Source: Candidatus Omnitrophota bacterium
Lineage (GTDB): Bacteria; Omnitrophota; Gorgyraeia; Zapsychrales; Fredricksoniimonadaceae
DNA length: 64,000 nucleotides
Direction of reading: 5' to 3'
Assembly: GCA_044225175.1 (NCBI GenBank)
Contig: JBGAJA010000003.1
Coordinates: 69,428-133,427 of the forward strand
Below the pieces are notes generated by a model. That model did no database searches. It was given only the letters and a program-made list of their open reading frames with translations, and was not told the origin of the DNA. Below, piece by piece: positions 1 through 9,066 of this stretch. The translations under genes were made by a program, and so were the position numbers. The stretch's first letter is position 1, and each line of letters starts with the position of its first letter.

Positions 1-2400
1 TTTGATTTTGCTGTCTTCTTGATTTACATCAACATTCAAATTGTTAAGTTTGAATCCTGAGATTGTTACAAGGTCGCTGGATGCATTCGCATCGATGTTC
101 CACTGCATCCATTGAGAAGCAGGACCGCTAAGTGAAGCTTTCATGGATAACAACCCAGTGAGTTTTAAGGGTTCAAGGGTGCTTTTAAGCTGGGGAAGAA
201 ATCTAGAGGCGTCCTCTAGATTACATTTGAAGGTGCTTTTGATGCTCAGTTGCGGAGTTTTGCCAGAGATATCGACGGATCCAGAAGCATTTAATTGGGC
301 TGATAAAAATTCTCCTGAAAGACTCTTTAGTTCAATGAGATTATCGTTCTTATTAATCTCTCCTTTAATTTCAATTCCATCAAAAGATAAAGATGTCTTG
401 ATTTGTGGATTTTTGAAGTCCATGAGATGTCCGGTGAGTGTTAAGGCTTTATCCATGAATACAGCTGTAAAATTATCCCAGGAGAGAGAATTGCCATCGG
501 CCTTAATTGTTCCTGAAATATGATTAAGTTTTTGTTTAAGAGTTGAGCTTTCTAGGTTGACATCCTTCAGGACAGCCTGGGCATTGATTTTGGCTGTCAG
601 GGGGTCTAAAGCTGGTCCTTCAAATTTAATCATAAAGGAAGTTGTGCCATCTACGGTTAACCCTTGAGCTTTTAGAAGATCAGGGGCCAGGGTTTGAAGT
701 TTACTTAAATCAAATCGTTCACTTTGGGCTTGGATATTTAAAAGAGGCTTAGAGAAATCGCTAATATTCCCAGAGGCAATAATGGTGGTATCAAGAACCA
801 TCAGAGATAAACTTTGAAGATCAATAGAATTTGTTTTCACATCCGCTGTTAATTTAACGTTATTGATTGGACCAAAAGGAAGGCCTTGAACATCGGTATT
901 TTCAAGAGCAAGAGTTCCGCTATATTTCATTCCTGAGGGATTTTTTAAAGGATAAAGGGTTTTTAAATCAAAATGGGCATTGGTATGGATTTCTTTTTTA
1001 TCTTCGAGTTTTATGGTCAAGCCTTCGAGGATGCCTCTGCTTTGAGCATCTAAGATCTGTTGAGTTTGATCGAAGTTGATTTTCAGTTGATCACAATGCA
1101 ACTTTCCCTGCAAGATTGTTTTGTCAAACGCCGCATCATCAGCCATAACATCTAAAGTTCCGTCCATCCTGACAATATTCTTAGAATCTAAGGAAATGAG
1201 CATTTGAGGGGCATGGATTGTTCCCACAAATTTTTTTTCAGGAAGATTTACGTTCAATTGGTCTAAATTTAATTCAAAATTTGCTTGGGTGAGATTCTTG
1301 TCTTTGCTGACTTTGATTTTATTGATTTGAACTTCCCCGGTAATCTTCTCATGTTCACCCAGTGATACGACGCCTTGTTTTAGAGCAACACTGCCTTCCA
1401 ATGAGCCTGCATTTTCCTGCCACCTACCGTGCTCAATTCGAGCGCTCAATGTTCCGCTGCCGGAAAGAAGAGGGGTCGTAATCTGGGTATTGAGCAATGA
1501 GAAGTTACCTTTGAAGGCAATATCATTCTTCTTTAATGTGATGTCAGCATTGGTTGCTTGAAGCTCTCCTTTGAAGCTTTGTTGATCAAAGGCAGTTTCA
1601 ACATTTTTGATACTCCAGCTACCAGTGAGCCTCATATCATCAGGAGCATATTGAATGTGGGCATTGACTTGTTCCATCAGGCCGTTAGTTAAGCTGAAGG
1701 GAAGGGGGCCTGGATAAAATCTGAAATAATCTTGAGGCTTAATATTTTTAATATTCACTTGAGCTTTCAGAGATTGATTAGGGATTTGATAGCTTCCTTG
1801 TAAAGAAATGGAGGCTTGTTTTTGGGGGATAGTAAGTTGCCCATCAAAGCTGATGCCTGAAAGAGACAGGCCTACTTTAAGGTTAATAGGATCAATAATT
1901 TCACTCCAAACACTTTGGCCTTGAATGTCATCAACACGGAACTTCCCATTGTTAATCGTAATTCCACCGACGGAAACATCGACAGGAGAAGGTCTGGAAG
2001 ATGGAGATGTTTGAGGAATAATTAATAAATCTGAGAAGTTCCAAGTGTCTGTTTGATGGACCAAAAGGACGGATAAAGAATCGATGTTAAGAGAAGTTAA
2101 GATGAGTTTATGTGTTTTAACACCTGGAACAAAAAGAATGCCCGAGGAGATTCTTTCAGCTTGAAGGAAGACTTTATCAAGAGAGTCCTTCTGGTAAATC
2201 TTGATATTATTAATAACAATCCCTTTAACCCAGCTAAAGTGAATAGACTCGATTTCAACTTTGCGTTTAAGAAAATTTTGGGCCTGTTCAATGGCGATTT
2301 TTTTAACAATGGTAGGTAGAAAAACTTGATTGGCCCAGAATGTCAAGGAGCCTAAGAAGAAGATGATACTGAGGGTTATGATAATCCATTTGTGTTTCAT
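1..2400 (-). CDS. AsmA/DUF748-like envelope protein (3' end outside window)
   Basis: Not in the ORF track because it runs off the edge. ATG at 2400 gives MKHKWIIITLSIIFFLGSLTFWANQVFLPTIVKKIAIEQAQNFLKRKVEIESIHFSWVKG: an N-terminal TM anchor followed by beta-rich sequence typical of AsmA-like proteins. Confidence 0.7.
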   Translation of the reverse strand, partial: MKHKWIIITLSIIFFLGSLTFWANQVFLPTIVKKIAIEQAQNFLKRKVEIESIHFSWVKGIVINNIKIYQKDSLDKVFLQAERISSGILFVPGVKTHKLILTSLNIDSLSVLLVHQTDTWNFSDLLIIPQTSPSSRPSPVDVSVGGITINNGKFRVDDIQGQSVWSEIIDPINLKVGLSLSGISFDGQLTIPQKQASISLQGSYQIPNQSLKAQVNIKNIKPQDYFRFYPGPLPFSLTNGLMEQVNAHIQYAPDDMRLTGSWSIKNVETAFDQQSFKGELQATNADITLKKNDIAFKGNFSLLNTQITTPLLSGSGTLSARIEHGRWQENAGSLEGSVALKQGVVSLGEHEKITGEVQINKIKVSKDKNLTQANFELNLDQLNVNLPEKKFVGTIHAPQMLISLDSKNIVRMDGTLDVMADDAAFDKTILQGKLHCDQLKINFDQTQQILDAQSRGILEGLTIKLEDKKEIHTNAHFDLKTLYPLKNPSGMKYSGTLALENTDVQGLPFGPINNVKLTADVKTNSIDLQSLSLMVLDTTIIASGNISDFSKPLLNIQAQSERFDLSKLQTLAPDLLKAQGLTVDGTTSFMIKFEGPALDPLTAKINAQAVLKDVNLESSTLKQKLNHISGTIKADGNSLSWDNFTAVFMDKALTLTGHLMDFKNPQIKTSLSFDGIEIKGEINKNDNLIELKSLSGEFLSAQLNASGSVDISGKTPQLSIKSTFKCNLEDASRFLPQLKSTLEPLKLTGLLSMKASLSGPASQWMQWNIDANASSDLVTISGFKLNNLNVDVNQEDSKIK

Positions 2401-2413
2401 AGGATTAAGCTAG

Positions 2414-2453
2414 CCCTGCGAAGCCCCAACTTTCGTTAAAAGGCTTCGCAGGG
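2414..2453. terminator. GC-rich hairpin downstream of tRNA-Pro
   Basis: CCCTGCGAAGCC (2414-2425) / GGCTTCGCAGGG (2442-2453), perfect 12-bp stem; no clear U-tract. Confidence 0.5.
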
Positions 2454-2460
2454 ACTAAAG

Positions 2461-2534
2461 TCGGGAAGCCGGGGGTCGAACCCGGGACCTCTTGCTCCCA
2501 AAGCAAGCGCGCTAGCCAACTGCGCTACTCCCCG
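2461..2534 (-). tRNA. tRNA-Pro(TGG)
   Basis: Reverse complement CGGGGAGTAGCGCAGTTGGCTAGCGCGCTTGCTTTGGGAGCAAGAGGTCCCGGGTTCGACCCCCGGCTTCCCGA; cloverleaf with anticodon TGG; CCA not encoded. Confidence 0.96.
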
Positions 2535-2550
2535 TAAATTTTGAGTCGAT

Positions 2551-2580
2551 AGTATACCATGCAAAATTTAATTTTGTAAA
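2551..2580 (-). promoter_or_regulatory. sigma70-like promoter of tRNA-Pro
   Basis: TTTACA-18 nt-TATACT with an extended -10 TG on the minus strand. Confidence 0.55.
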
Positions 2581-2644
2581 TAATATAAAAAGAGTGGCAT
2601 TAAATGCATTGCAGGGGCTTTTGCTTTCGTATAGAATTTTTGAA

Positions 2645-4381
2645 ATGAAAATCCAGCCTAATAGTCTCCTGCAAGTTTCACCTCTTTGGCTTTGCCTTTT
2701 CCAGTGGTCTAGCTTGATTTTTTTGGGTTTATTGATTTATGGCCAGAGTTTTGGTTTTGGCTTTGTTTTTGATGATGATCAATTCATCGTTAATAATCCT
2801 TACATTCATAACTTAAGCAAGGTCCATGAGATAGAACAAGCTCTTCCTTTGACGCGTTTGGTGGGGATTTATACATTTGCTTTAAATTATCATTTCCATG
2901 GTTTAAATCCCACCGGGTATCACCTCTTTAATGTTGTTCTCCATCTTGTCGTTACCGGATTAGTTTGGGCTTTGGCAAATTTATTGTTTAAGATCGTGGG
3001 GAAAGAACCAAAACAATTGCCATTTTTCATGGCCTTACTTTTTCTTGTTCATCCACTTCAAACCCAGGCAGTTACCTACATTTCTCAACGATTCGAATCG
3101 CTGGCCACATTATTTTATCTAACCACCATTTATTGTTATTTATCTGCCCGAATTTCTAAGGACATGCTGTCAAAGGTGATTCTTTTTTTGATTGCAGCTG
3201 TGAGTGCTTTTCTTGGGATTATGACTAAAGAGGTAGCAATCACTATTCCTTTAATGCTTTTAGCATGTGAATGGATTTTACTGCCTTCTAAGAATCCATC
3301 GGCAAAGTCATCTAGAAATTTAATGATCAGTGTAGGAGGCGTTTTATTCTTATTGGTATTTTTGAAACTTCTTCGAAGCGGTTTCAATATGTTTATTACA
3401 GCTTTACCGTCGCAATCCCACGATGGTGATACCATTGTGCTTGGAAATTATCTTTTGACTCAAATGAGAGTTTTTCTGACTTTTGTACGGTTATTTTTTG
3501 TTCCATATCCGCAGAATGTTGACTATGATTACCCTCTTTCAGTAAGTATTATTGATCCCTTATTGACCCTTGTAGGGGCAGGTCTGGTTTCTTTTCTAAT
3601 CCTGGCCATGATTAGAATCCGCCATAAATGGCCACTCATTTCTTTTGGGTTGGCTTGGGTTTTAATCACATTTTCAATTAATCTTGCACCTCGTGCGAAT
3701 GTCATTTGGGAACATAAATTTTATTTGATGTCATTTGGCTTCTTAATTGCAACGGTGAGTGTTTTAGCAAATTTGATCCACAAAAGGAGTTCATTAATCT
3801 TTATTGTATGTGCTGTAACGGCCGGGTTTACTTTCTTGAGTTTCCAGAGAAACCATATTTGGCAAAATGATTTTACACTTTGGGAAGATGGCATCAAACG
3901 GTCCCCAAATAAGGTTCGTGTGTATGTAGATTTAGCCAAAGCTAAAGGCACCCATGGGCAATTACAGCAAGCAATCACCCTACTTACCCAGAAATTATCT
4001 GTAACTCCTAATCATTATGGGTCCCTCATGGCTAGGGCAGGATTACAGTACCGCTTAGGGAATTATGATTTAGCGACGGAAGACCTCAGGCAAGCGGTCA
4101 TCGTAAGGCCTAATTTTATTGATTTTTATAAGCTCTCTTTGATTTACAGTGAACAAAAACAGATGGATAAAGCATTAGATGCCTTAAATACATCCATCTT
4201 ATTGAATGATAATTTTCTTCCAGCTTATATTGATCGAGCTATGATTTTTGTGCAGAAAAAGAATTATATTTTTGCTGTGGGAGATCTTGTGAAGGCCCAG
4301 AAGATACAGCCTCAAAATAAAGTTATCCAGAACAATATAGAATATTGTTTTTCAAAATTAAGGGTGCAGAAATCGCCTTAA
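2645..4381 (+). CDS. TMTC-like GT-C glycosyltransferase with C-terminal TPRs
   Basis: FVFDDDQFI, HLFNVVLH, FLVHPLQTQAVTYISQR, KE and VDYDYP motifs; multi-TM N-half and TPR-like C-terminus; ATG 2645 preferred as start. Confidence 0.85.
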   Translation: MKIQPNSLLQVSPLWLCLFQWSSLIFLGLLIYGQSFGFGFVFDDDQFIVNNPYIHNLSKVHEIEQALPLTRLVGIYTFALNYHFHGLNPTGYHLFNVVLHLVVTGLVWALANLLFKIVGKEPKQLPFFMALLFLVHPLQTQAVTYISQRFESLATLFYLTTIYCYLSARISKDMLSKVILFLIAAVSAFLGIMTKEVAITIPLMLLACEWILLPSKNPSAKSSRNLMISVGGVLFLLVFLKLLRSGFNMFITALPSQSHDGDTIVLGNYLLTQMRVFLTFVRLFFVPYPQNVDYDYPLSVSIIDPLLTLVGAGLVSFLILAMIRIRHKWPLISFGLAWVLITFSINLAPRANVIWEHKFYLMSFGFLIATVSVLANLIHKRSSLIFIVCAVTAGFTFLSFQRNHIWQNDFTLWEDGIKRSPNKVRVYVDLAKAKGTHGQLQQAITLLTQKLSVTPNHYGSLMARAGLQYRLGNYDLATEDLRQAVIVRPNFIDFYKLSLIYSEQKQMDKALDALNTSILLNDNFLPAYIDRAMIFVQKKNYIFAVGDLVKAQKIQPQNKVIQNNIEYCFSKLRVQKSP

Positions 4382-4423
4382 GAATATTCTTGTAAATCAT
4401 CTAAAAATGTACAGAATGGTTTT

Positions 4424-6673
4424 ATGTTTAGACGTTCCCATGCAAAATTAATTTGCGGCATCAGCGAACTTTCCGGTTTATTTCATGACACTCCTAGCAT
4501 GGAAGTCTTCCTGCAAAAAATCACATTCATGGTCACCCACCACATGGAATGTGAAGTCTGTTCCATTTATCTTTATTATGAAGATCAAAATGAATTAGTC
4601 CTCAAAGCCACAACCGGCCTCAGTCCATCTTCTCTAGGTGAGGTCAAAATGAAACCTGGCGAGGGATTAACAGGACTAGCATTCAAGGAAAAACGTCCTA
4701 TTTGCGAGGGACAGGCGAAAGAAAGTCCTAATTTCCGTTTATTTCCAGGTATCGGAGAAGAACGTTTTGAGTCCTTTTTAGCAGTGCCTATTCTTCGAGG
4801 ATCTATGGAAATAGGTGTTATGGTCATTCAGAGTCAGAAAAAACATTCTTTTGCTTCCGATGAGATTGAGATTCTTCGCGCTATCACATCACAGCTGGCA
4901 ACCACTATTGAAACCGCCAGACTTTTAATTACCCTTAATGATCAGAAACAAAAGAAAGTTCAACCGCTGTCTGATCTGAAGCTCATCAAAGGCAGGAGCG
5001 GTTCTCAAGGAGTCGCTTTAGCCCAAAGTGTGGTGATTGGTAAGCTCCTGACAGATGTCGAATATTTAGCTAAATTATCCAAGGATACAACTGAAGAGAC
5101 TTTTCATAAGGCCGTGGAAGATTCTGAGAAGCAGCTGCAGCAGCTGCAGAAGCAAATTGAAAAAGACCTCTTCGATGCCAGTGGTCTTATATTTACCGCC
5201 CAGATCTTAATGCTCAAAGATAAAGGTTTTCTTGATGCCATTGTGGCGCATATTCGTGTGGGAGTGAATCCTCCTCAGGCCGTAGCTGGAGTGGTGAATG
5301 AGTATGTCCGCAAATTTAGTGCCATCGCAGATAATTACCTTCGAGACAAGATTTATGATGTTAAAGATGTGGGCCGTAGATTGCTCGAGAATATGACAGG
5401 CTTAAGCCACCATCAAGGCGACTTAGAGGGGCGTATCGTTATTGCACATGAGCTTCTGCCTTCCGATACGATCAAACTTTTTTCTCAAAATGTTAAAGGG
5501 ATCATTCTTCTAAGCGGGGGAGTGACGTCTCATGTGTCCATTCTCTCGAGATCTCTAAACATTCCTTTGGTCGTGGCCGATGAAGATGGCCTTTTATTAG
5601 TAGAGGATGGAACAAAAATACTTTTGGATGCCGAGATGGGTTATATTCATTTAAATCCATCTGCTGACACAATTAAGAAAACTTTTGATCGTGAGGACCT
5701 GCATAAAGATCTCGAGGAATTGAAGAAATCTATTCGTTTAAAACCTTTCACCAAAGATGGAACTCCCATTAAATTGATGGCAAACATTAATCTCTTAGGG
5801 GATTTGAAGGCTGCAACTGAGTTTAAAGCAAGCGGCATTGGCTTGTATAGAAGCGAGTTTCCTTTTCTTATTAGGAGTAGTTTTCCGTCGGAAGAAGAGC
5901 AGTATTTGATCTATCGAAAGCTTATGGAAGCTATGCCGGATAAGGATGTGACTCTGCGCACGCTGGATGTAGGGGGAGATAAGGTGCTTTCTTATTATGA
6001 CTATGGTCATGAAGAAAATCCATTTCTTGGCCTTCGCTCCATACGTTTTACTTTAAGGCATAAAGATGTTTTTATTACACAAATCCGTGCCATGCTTCGT
6101 GCAGGAGGTGGGACATCGGCCCGTTTAAAGATTATGTTTCCTATGATTTCTTCGATTGATGAATTTCAAGAAGCCAAAGGCATTGTTCAGGAATGTATTT
6201 TTCAAATGGAAAAAGAAAAGTATAAGATTGCCTATCCAAAGCTTGGCACCATGGTTGAGCTTCCCTCTGTCGTTGAGATCATTGATCAACTAGCTCAAGA
6301 AGCGGATTTCTTAAGTATTGGAACCAATGATTTTGTTCAGTATATGCTGGCGATTGACCGCACTAATGAACGCGTTGCCAATTTGTACTATCCTCAGCAT
6401 CCTTCTGTGTTAAGGTCACTTAAAAAGATTGTGGATGCGGCCTTGAAGCATGATAAAGAAATCTCAGTATGTGGGGATATGGCATCTAACCTTAAGTTTT
6501 TGCCTTTTTTGATTGGAATAGGTATTCGCACCTTAAGTGTGGATGCTCGTTATCTGCCAAAATTACATGAGAATCTCCAAGAGATCATTACGACTGATGC
6601 CCATAGGCTCAGTGAAGAAGTGCTCAAGCAGCATACCATTGAGCGAACCTCCCATCTTTTGAAAATCGAATAA
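4424..6673 (+). CDS. ptsP: GAF-domain PEP-protein phosphotransferase (EI-Ntr)
   Basis: N-terminal GAF; GGVTSHVSIL phospho-His; GIGLYRSEF, RTLDVGGDK, EENPFLGLRSIR, SIGTNDFVQY, VCGDMA. Confidence 0.93.
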   Translation: MFRRSHAKLICGISELSGLFHDTPSMEVFLQKITFMVTHHMECEVCSIYLYYEDQNELVLKATTGLSPSSLGEVKMKPGEGLTGLAFKEKRPICEGQAKESPNFRLFPGIGEERFESFLAVPILRGSMEIGVMVIQSQKKHSFASDEIEILRAITSQLATTIETARLLITLNDQKQKKVQPLSDLKLIKGRSGSQGVALAQSVVIGKLLTDVEYLAKLSKDTTEETFHKAVEDSEKQLQQLQKQIEKDLFDASGLIFTAQILMLKDKGFLDAIVAHIRVGVNPPQAVAGVVNEYVRKFSAIADNYLRDKIYDVKDVGRRLLENMTGLSHHQGDLEGRIVIAHELLPSDTIKLFSQNVKGIILLSGGVTSHVSILSRSLNIPLVVADEDGLLLVEDGTKILLDAEMGYIHLNPSADTIKKTFDREDLHKDLEELKKSIRLKPFTKDGTPIKLMANINLLGDLKAATEFKASGIGLYRSEFPFLIRSSFPSEEEQYLIYRKLMEAMPDKDVTLRTLDVGGDKVLSYYDYGHEENPFLGLRSIRFTLRHKDVFITQIRAMLRAGGGTSARLKIMFPMISSIDEFQEAKGIVQECIFQMEKEKYKIAYPKLGTMVELPSVVEIIDQLAQEADFLSIGTNDFVQYMLAIDRTNERVANLYYPQHPSVLRSLKKIVDAALKHDKEISVCGDMASNLKFLPFLIGIGIRTLSVDARYLPKLHENLQEIITTDAHRLSEEVLKQHTIERTSHLLKIE

Positions 6674-6678
6674 CTCTT

Positions 6679-8181
6679 ATGATAAAGAAAATTATCTTTG
6701 CCCTGATTTTAATTTGGTTGGGCTGGCATTTGGCGCATCCAATTTATTTGATTCAAGCTGATTTGGGGCGACACATCAAAAATGGGGAGATGCTTTTTAA
6801 GGGAGTTTGGGAGGTTCTTTTTAGCAATTATTATTCTTATACGATTCCTCATTATCCTGTCATCAATCACCACTGGCTCTTTGGTATCTGTTCCTATCTT
6901 GTTTGGCTTTGTACTGGGTTTGCGGGACTTTCTATGGTGTATGTGGCCCTTGTTCTTATCGTGTTTGTTCTTTTTGTTTCAAGGGCACAGTCTATTTCAT
7001 TTCCTCTTCTATGCGCTTTTAGTCTAATAAGTTTTCCTCTGATATCTTCCAGGCCAGAAATTCGTCCAGAAGGCTTTAGCATGCTATTTTGCGGGCTCTT
7101 CTGGCTGTTAGCGGACTTATATAATCAAGGAAGACTGAAAGCCAATGGTTTTAAAATAGCTGTATTTTTCTTGCAGATCCTTTGGGTCAATTCTCATAGT
7201 TATTTTCCTTTAGGACCTGTAATGATGTTTGCTTTGTGGCTGCAGGCTAAGTGCAATCGTCAAGAACAAGCTAAGACCTTTTTGGAGAGTTATTTCATTC
7301 TTCTTTTTGCTTGTTTGATTAACCCTTCAGGGTTATCTGGAGCTTTGTATCCTTTGCAGGGAAGGGCAGGGCTTGGGTATTCGATTATTGAAGAGCAGTC
7401 ACTTGATCTCATGATGAAAGGCCATCCATCGGACTTAGTGTATCCCTATTTTATTGGTTCATTTGTATTTACTCTGCTTGGGCTGGGACTTCTAATTAAA
7501 AGACAGGGATTAAAGAAGCATCTTTTTATGCTTATTATGTTTGGGGTGATGTCTTATGCAGCCTTTAATGCGGTCAGATTTATTTCTCCATATGCATTTT
7601 TTTGGGTTCCTATTACAGTTTATTGCTGGGGACACTTGATTAATGCGTGGCCTGTGAATCTGCGAAAGATGGCAGCAGTGGTTCTTGTGATTTTCGGAGT
7701 TGTGACGGCAGCCTTTGTCAACTTTAGTCTTACAACTCCACCTGGATTTGGTCTTGTAAAGGGTAATAGCCAGGCAGGGGAATTCTTTAAGGCCGAGCGT
7801 TTAAAAGGACCTATCTTTAATAACTATGATATTGGCGGTTATCTTATATTTTATTTAAGTCCTCATGAGAGGTTGTTTGTTGATAATCGAGTGGAAGCCT
7901 TTCCAGCAGATTTCTTTAAGAAAATTTATGTGCCTATGCAGATCCATGATGAGGTATGGAAAATTTTGGATCATCAAATTGATTTTAATGTGATTTTCTT
8001 TGCCCGCGTCGATCAGACTCCCTGGTCATATGATTTTATTACTCGGCGCTTTGAAGACCCTAGCTGGGCGGTTGTGTTTATTGATGACAATGCTGTCATT
8101 TTGCTCAAGAGAAACCAACAGAATGCAGATGTTATCAAGAACCACGAGATCCTCGTCACTAAAAGACCTAAATCTTCCTAA
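6679..8181 (+). CDS. multi-pass membrane protein, probable GT-C fold glycosyltransferase
   Basis: DLGRHIKNG, NHHWLF, RPE, LWVNSH, INPSG, FNNYDIGGYLIF and FVDNR motifs; many TM helices. Confidence 0.6.
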   Translation: MIKKIIFALILIWLGWHLAHPIYLIQADLGRHIKNGEMLFKGVWEVLFSNYYSYTIPHYPVINHHWLFGICSYLVWLCTGFAGLSMVYVALVLIVFVLFVSRAQSISFPLLCAFSLISFPLISSRPEIRPEGFSMLFCGLFWLLADLYNQGRLKANGFKIAVFFLQILWVNSHSYFPLGPVMMFALWLQAKCNRQEQAKTFLESYFILLFACLINPSGLSGALYPLQGRAGLGYSIIEEQSLDLMMKGHPSDLVYPYFIGSFVFTLLGLGLLIKRQGLKKHLFMLIMFGVMSYAAFNAVRFISPYAFFWVPITVYCWGHLINAWPVNLRKMAAVVLVIFGVVTAAFVNFSLTTPPGFGLVKGNSQAGEFFKAERLKGPIFNNYDIGGYLIFYLSPHERLFVDNRVEAFPADFFKKIYVPMQIHDEVWKILDHQIDFNVIFFARVDQTPWSYDFITRRFEDPSWAVVFIDDNAVILLKRNQQNADVIKNHEILVTKRPKSS

Positions 8182-8260
8182 GTATTCTGTTCATGCTTTT
8201 TTAACCTTTCCTTAATCCTTGTTGTGTTAATTTGGTGATAGTTCTTTTAAAGGAGGACAT

Positions 8261-8554
8261 ATGCTAAAAACTAAGAATTATAAGGAAAGTTTGTGGATAG
8301 GTGTTTGGTTCGGAGTTGTGTTCTTTGCGGTCAGTGCTTTTGCAGCGATTAAGGATCCTACACCCGTTTTGACCGACAATAATTATTCTTCTGATGTCTA
8401 CGAAAGAAATAAAGCAGCCGCCAAGGAAGATGAAGGATCAGTATCTTTAACTGTTGTTAATAATTTCCAGGTCACCTATGAAAATTCTTCAAATGAGGAG
8501 CTTAATTCTCAAGCTAATCAGGAAGGAGGCCAAAATGATTACAAAAACCGCTAA
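8261..8554 (+). CDS. hypothetical exported protein
   Basis: AGGAGG RBS; signal-peptide-like N-terminus ending VSAFA. Confidence 0.6.
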   Translation: MLKTKNYKESLWIGVWFGVVFFAVSAFAAIKDPTPVLTDNNYSSDVYERNKAAAKEDEGSVSLTVVNNFQVTYENSSNEELNSQANQEGGQNDYKNR

Positions 8555-8666
8555 AGGATACGTGGTCAAATCAGAAAAAGGCAAAAACCTAGGCGGCCCC
8601 TACAAAAGCCGCGAAGAAGCTCAAAAAAGACTGCAACAGGTTGAATACTTTAAGCATAAGAAATAA
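8535..8666 (+). CDS. small basic protein (43 aa)
   Basis: GGAGG RBS then MITKTAKGYVVKSEKGKNLGGPYKSREEAQKRLQQVEYFKHKK. Confidence 0.7.
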   Translation: MITKTAKGYVVKSEKGKNLGGPYKSREEAQKRLQQVEYFKHKK

Positions 8667-8683
8667 ACAATCTACCCTTCCCC

Positions 8684-8722
8684 AACTCCTGTTTTCGGAA
8701 TATTAGAGACAGGAGTTTTCTA
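8684..8722 (+). terminator. intrinsic terminator
   Basis: AACTCCTGT...ACAGGAGTT stem followed by a T-rich tail. Confidence 0.6.
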
Positions 8723-8864
8723 TTGTTTTAGATCGTCATGAAACTAGACTTTGTCACCAAAATCTGATATAAGATTACTCTTCCAACCTCAAGGAAATTA
8801 GATACAAGAGATGTAAGGGGTTGTTAAGGGGAACAAAAAACGCAGTTTTCTGAGAGCGAGTTTT

Positions 8865-8938
8865 GTCCCAGTAGCTCAGTTGGATAGAGCATCTGCCTTC
8901 TAAGCAGAGGGTCGCACGTTCGATTCGTGCCTGGGACG
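8865..8938 (+). tRNA. tRNA-Arg(TCT)
   Basis: GTCCCAG...TCTGC-CTTCTAA-GCAGA...GTTCGATTC...CTGGGACG; CCA not encoded. Confidence 0.96.
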
Positions 8939-8989
8939 TTTATATTTGTTGAGAATCGAAGCTGTTTTTGATATTCTAGTGCCTCTTGT

Positions 8990-9066
8990 GGTGGCTGTAG
9001 CTCAGTTGGTAGAGTACTTGATTGTGGTTCAAGTTGTCGCGGGTTCAAATCCCGTCAGCCACCCCA
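8990..9066 (+). tRNA. tRNA-His(GTG), integration target
   Basis: G-1 plus GTGGCTG...CTTGA-TTGTGGT-TCAAG...GTTCAAATC...CAGCCAC-C-CCA. Confidence 0.97.

Noticed and set aside
143-2319. Short ORFs 143-523, 867-1079, 2097-2309 and 2110-2319
   Set aside because: Shadows of the long minus-strand AsmA-like gene.
8824-9048. 74-aa minus-strand ORF
   Set aside because: Antisense translation of tRNA-Arg and tRNA-His.
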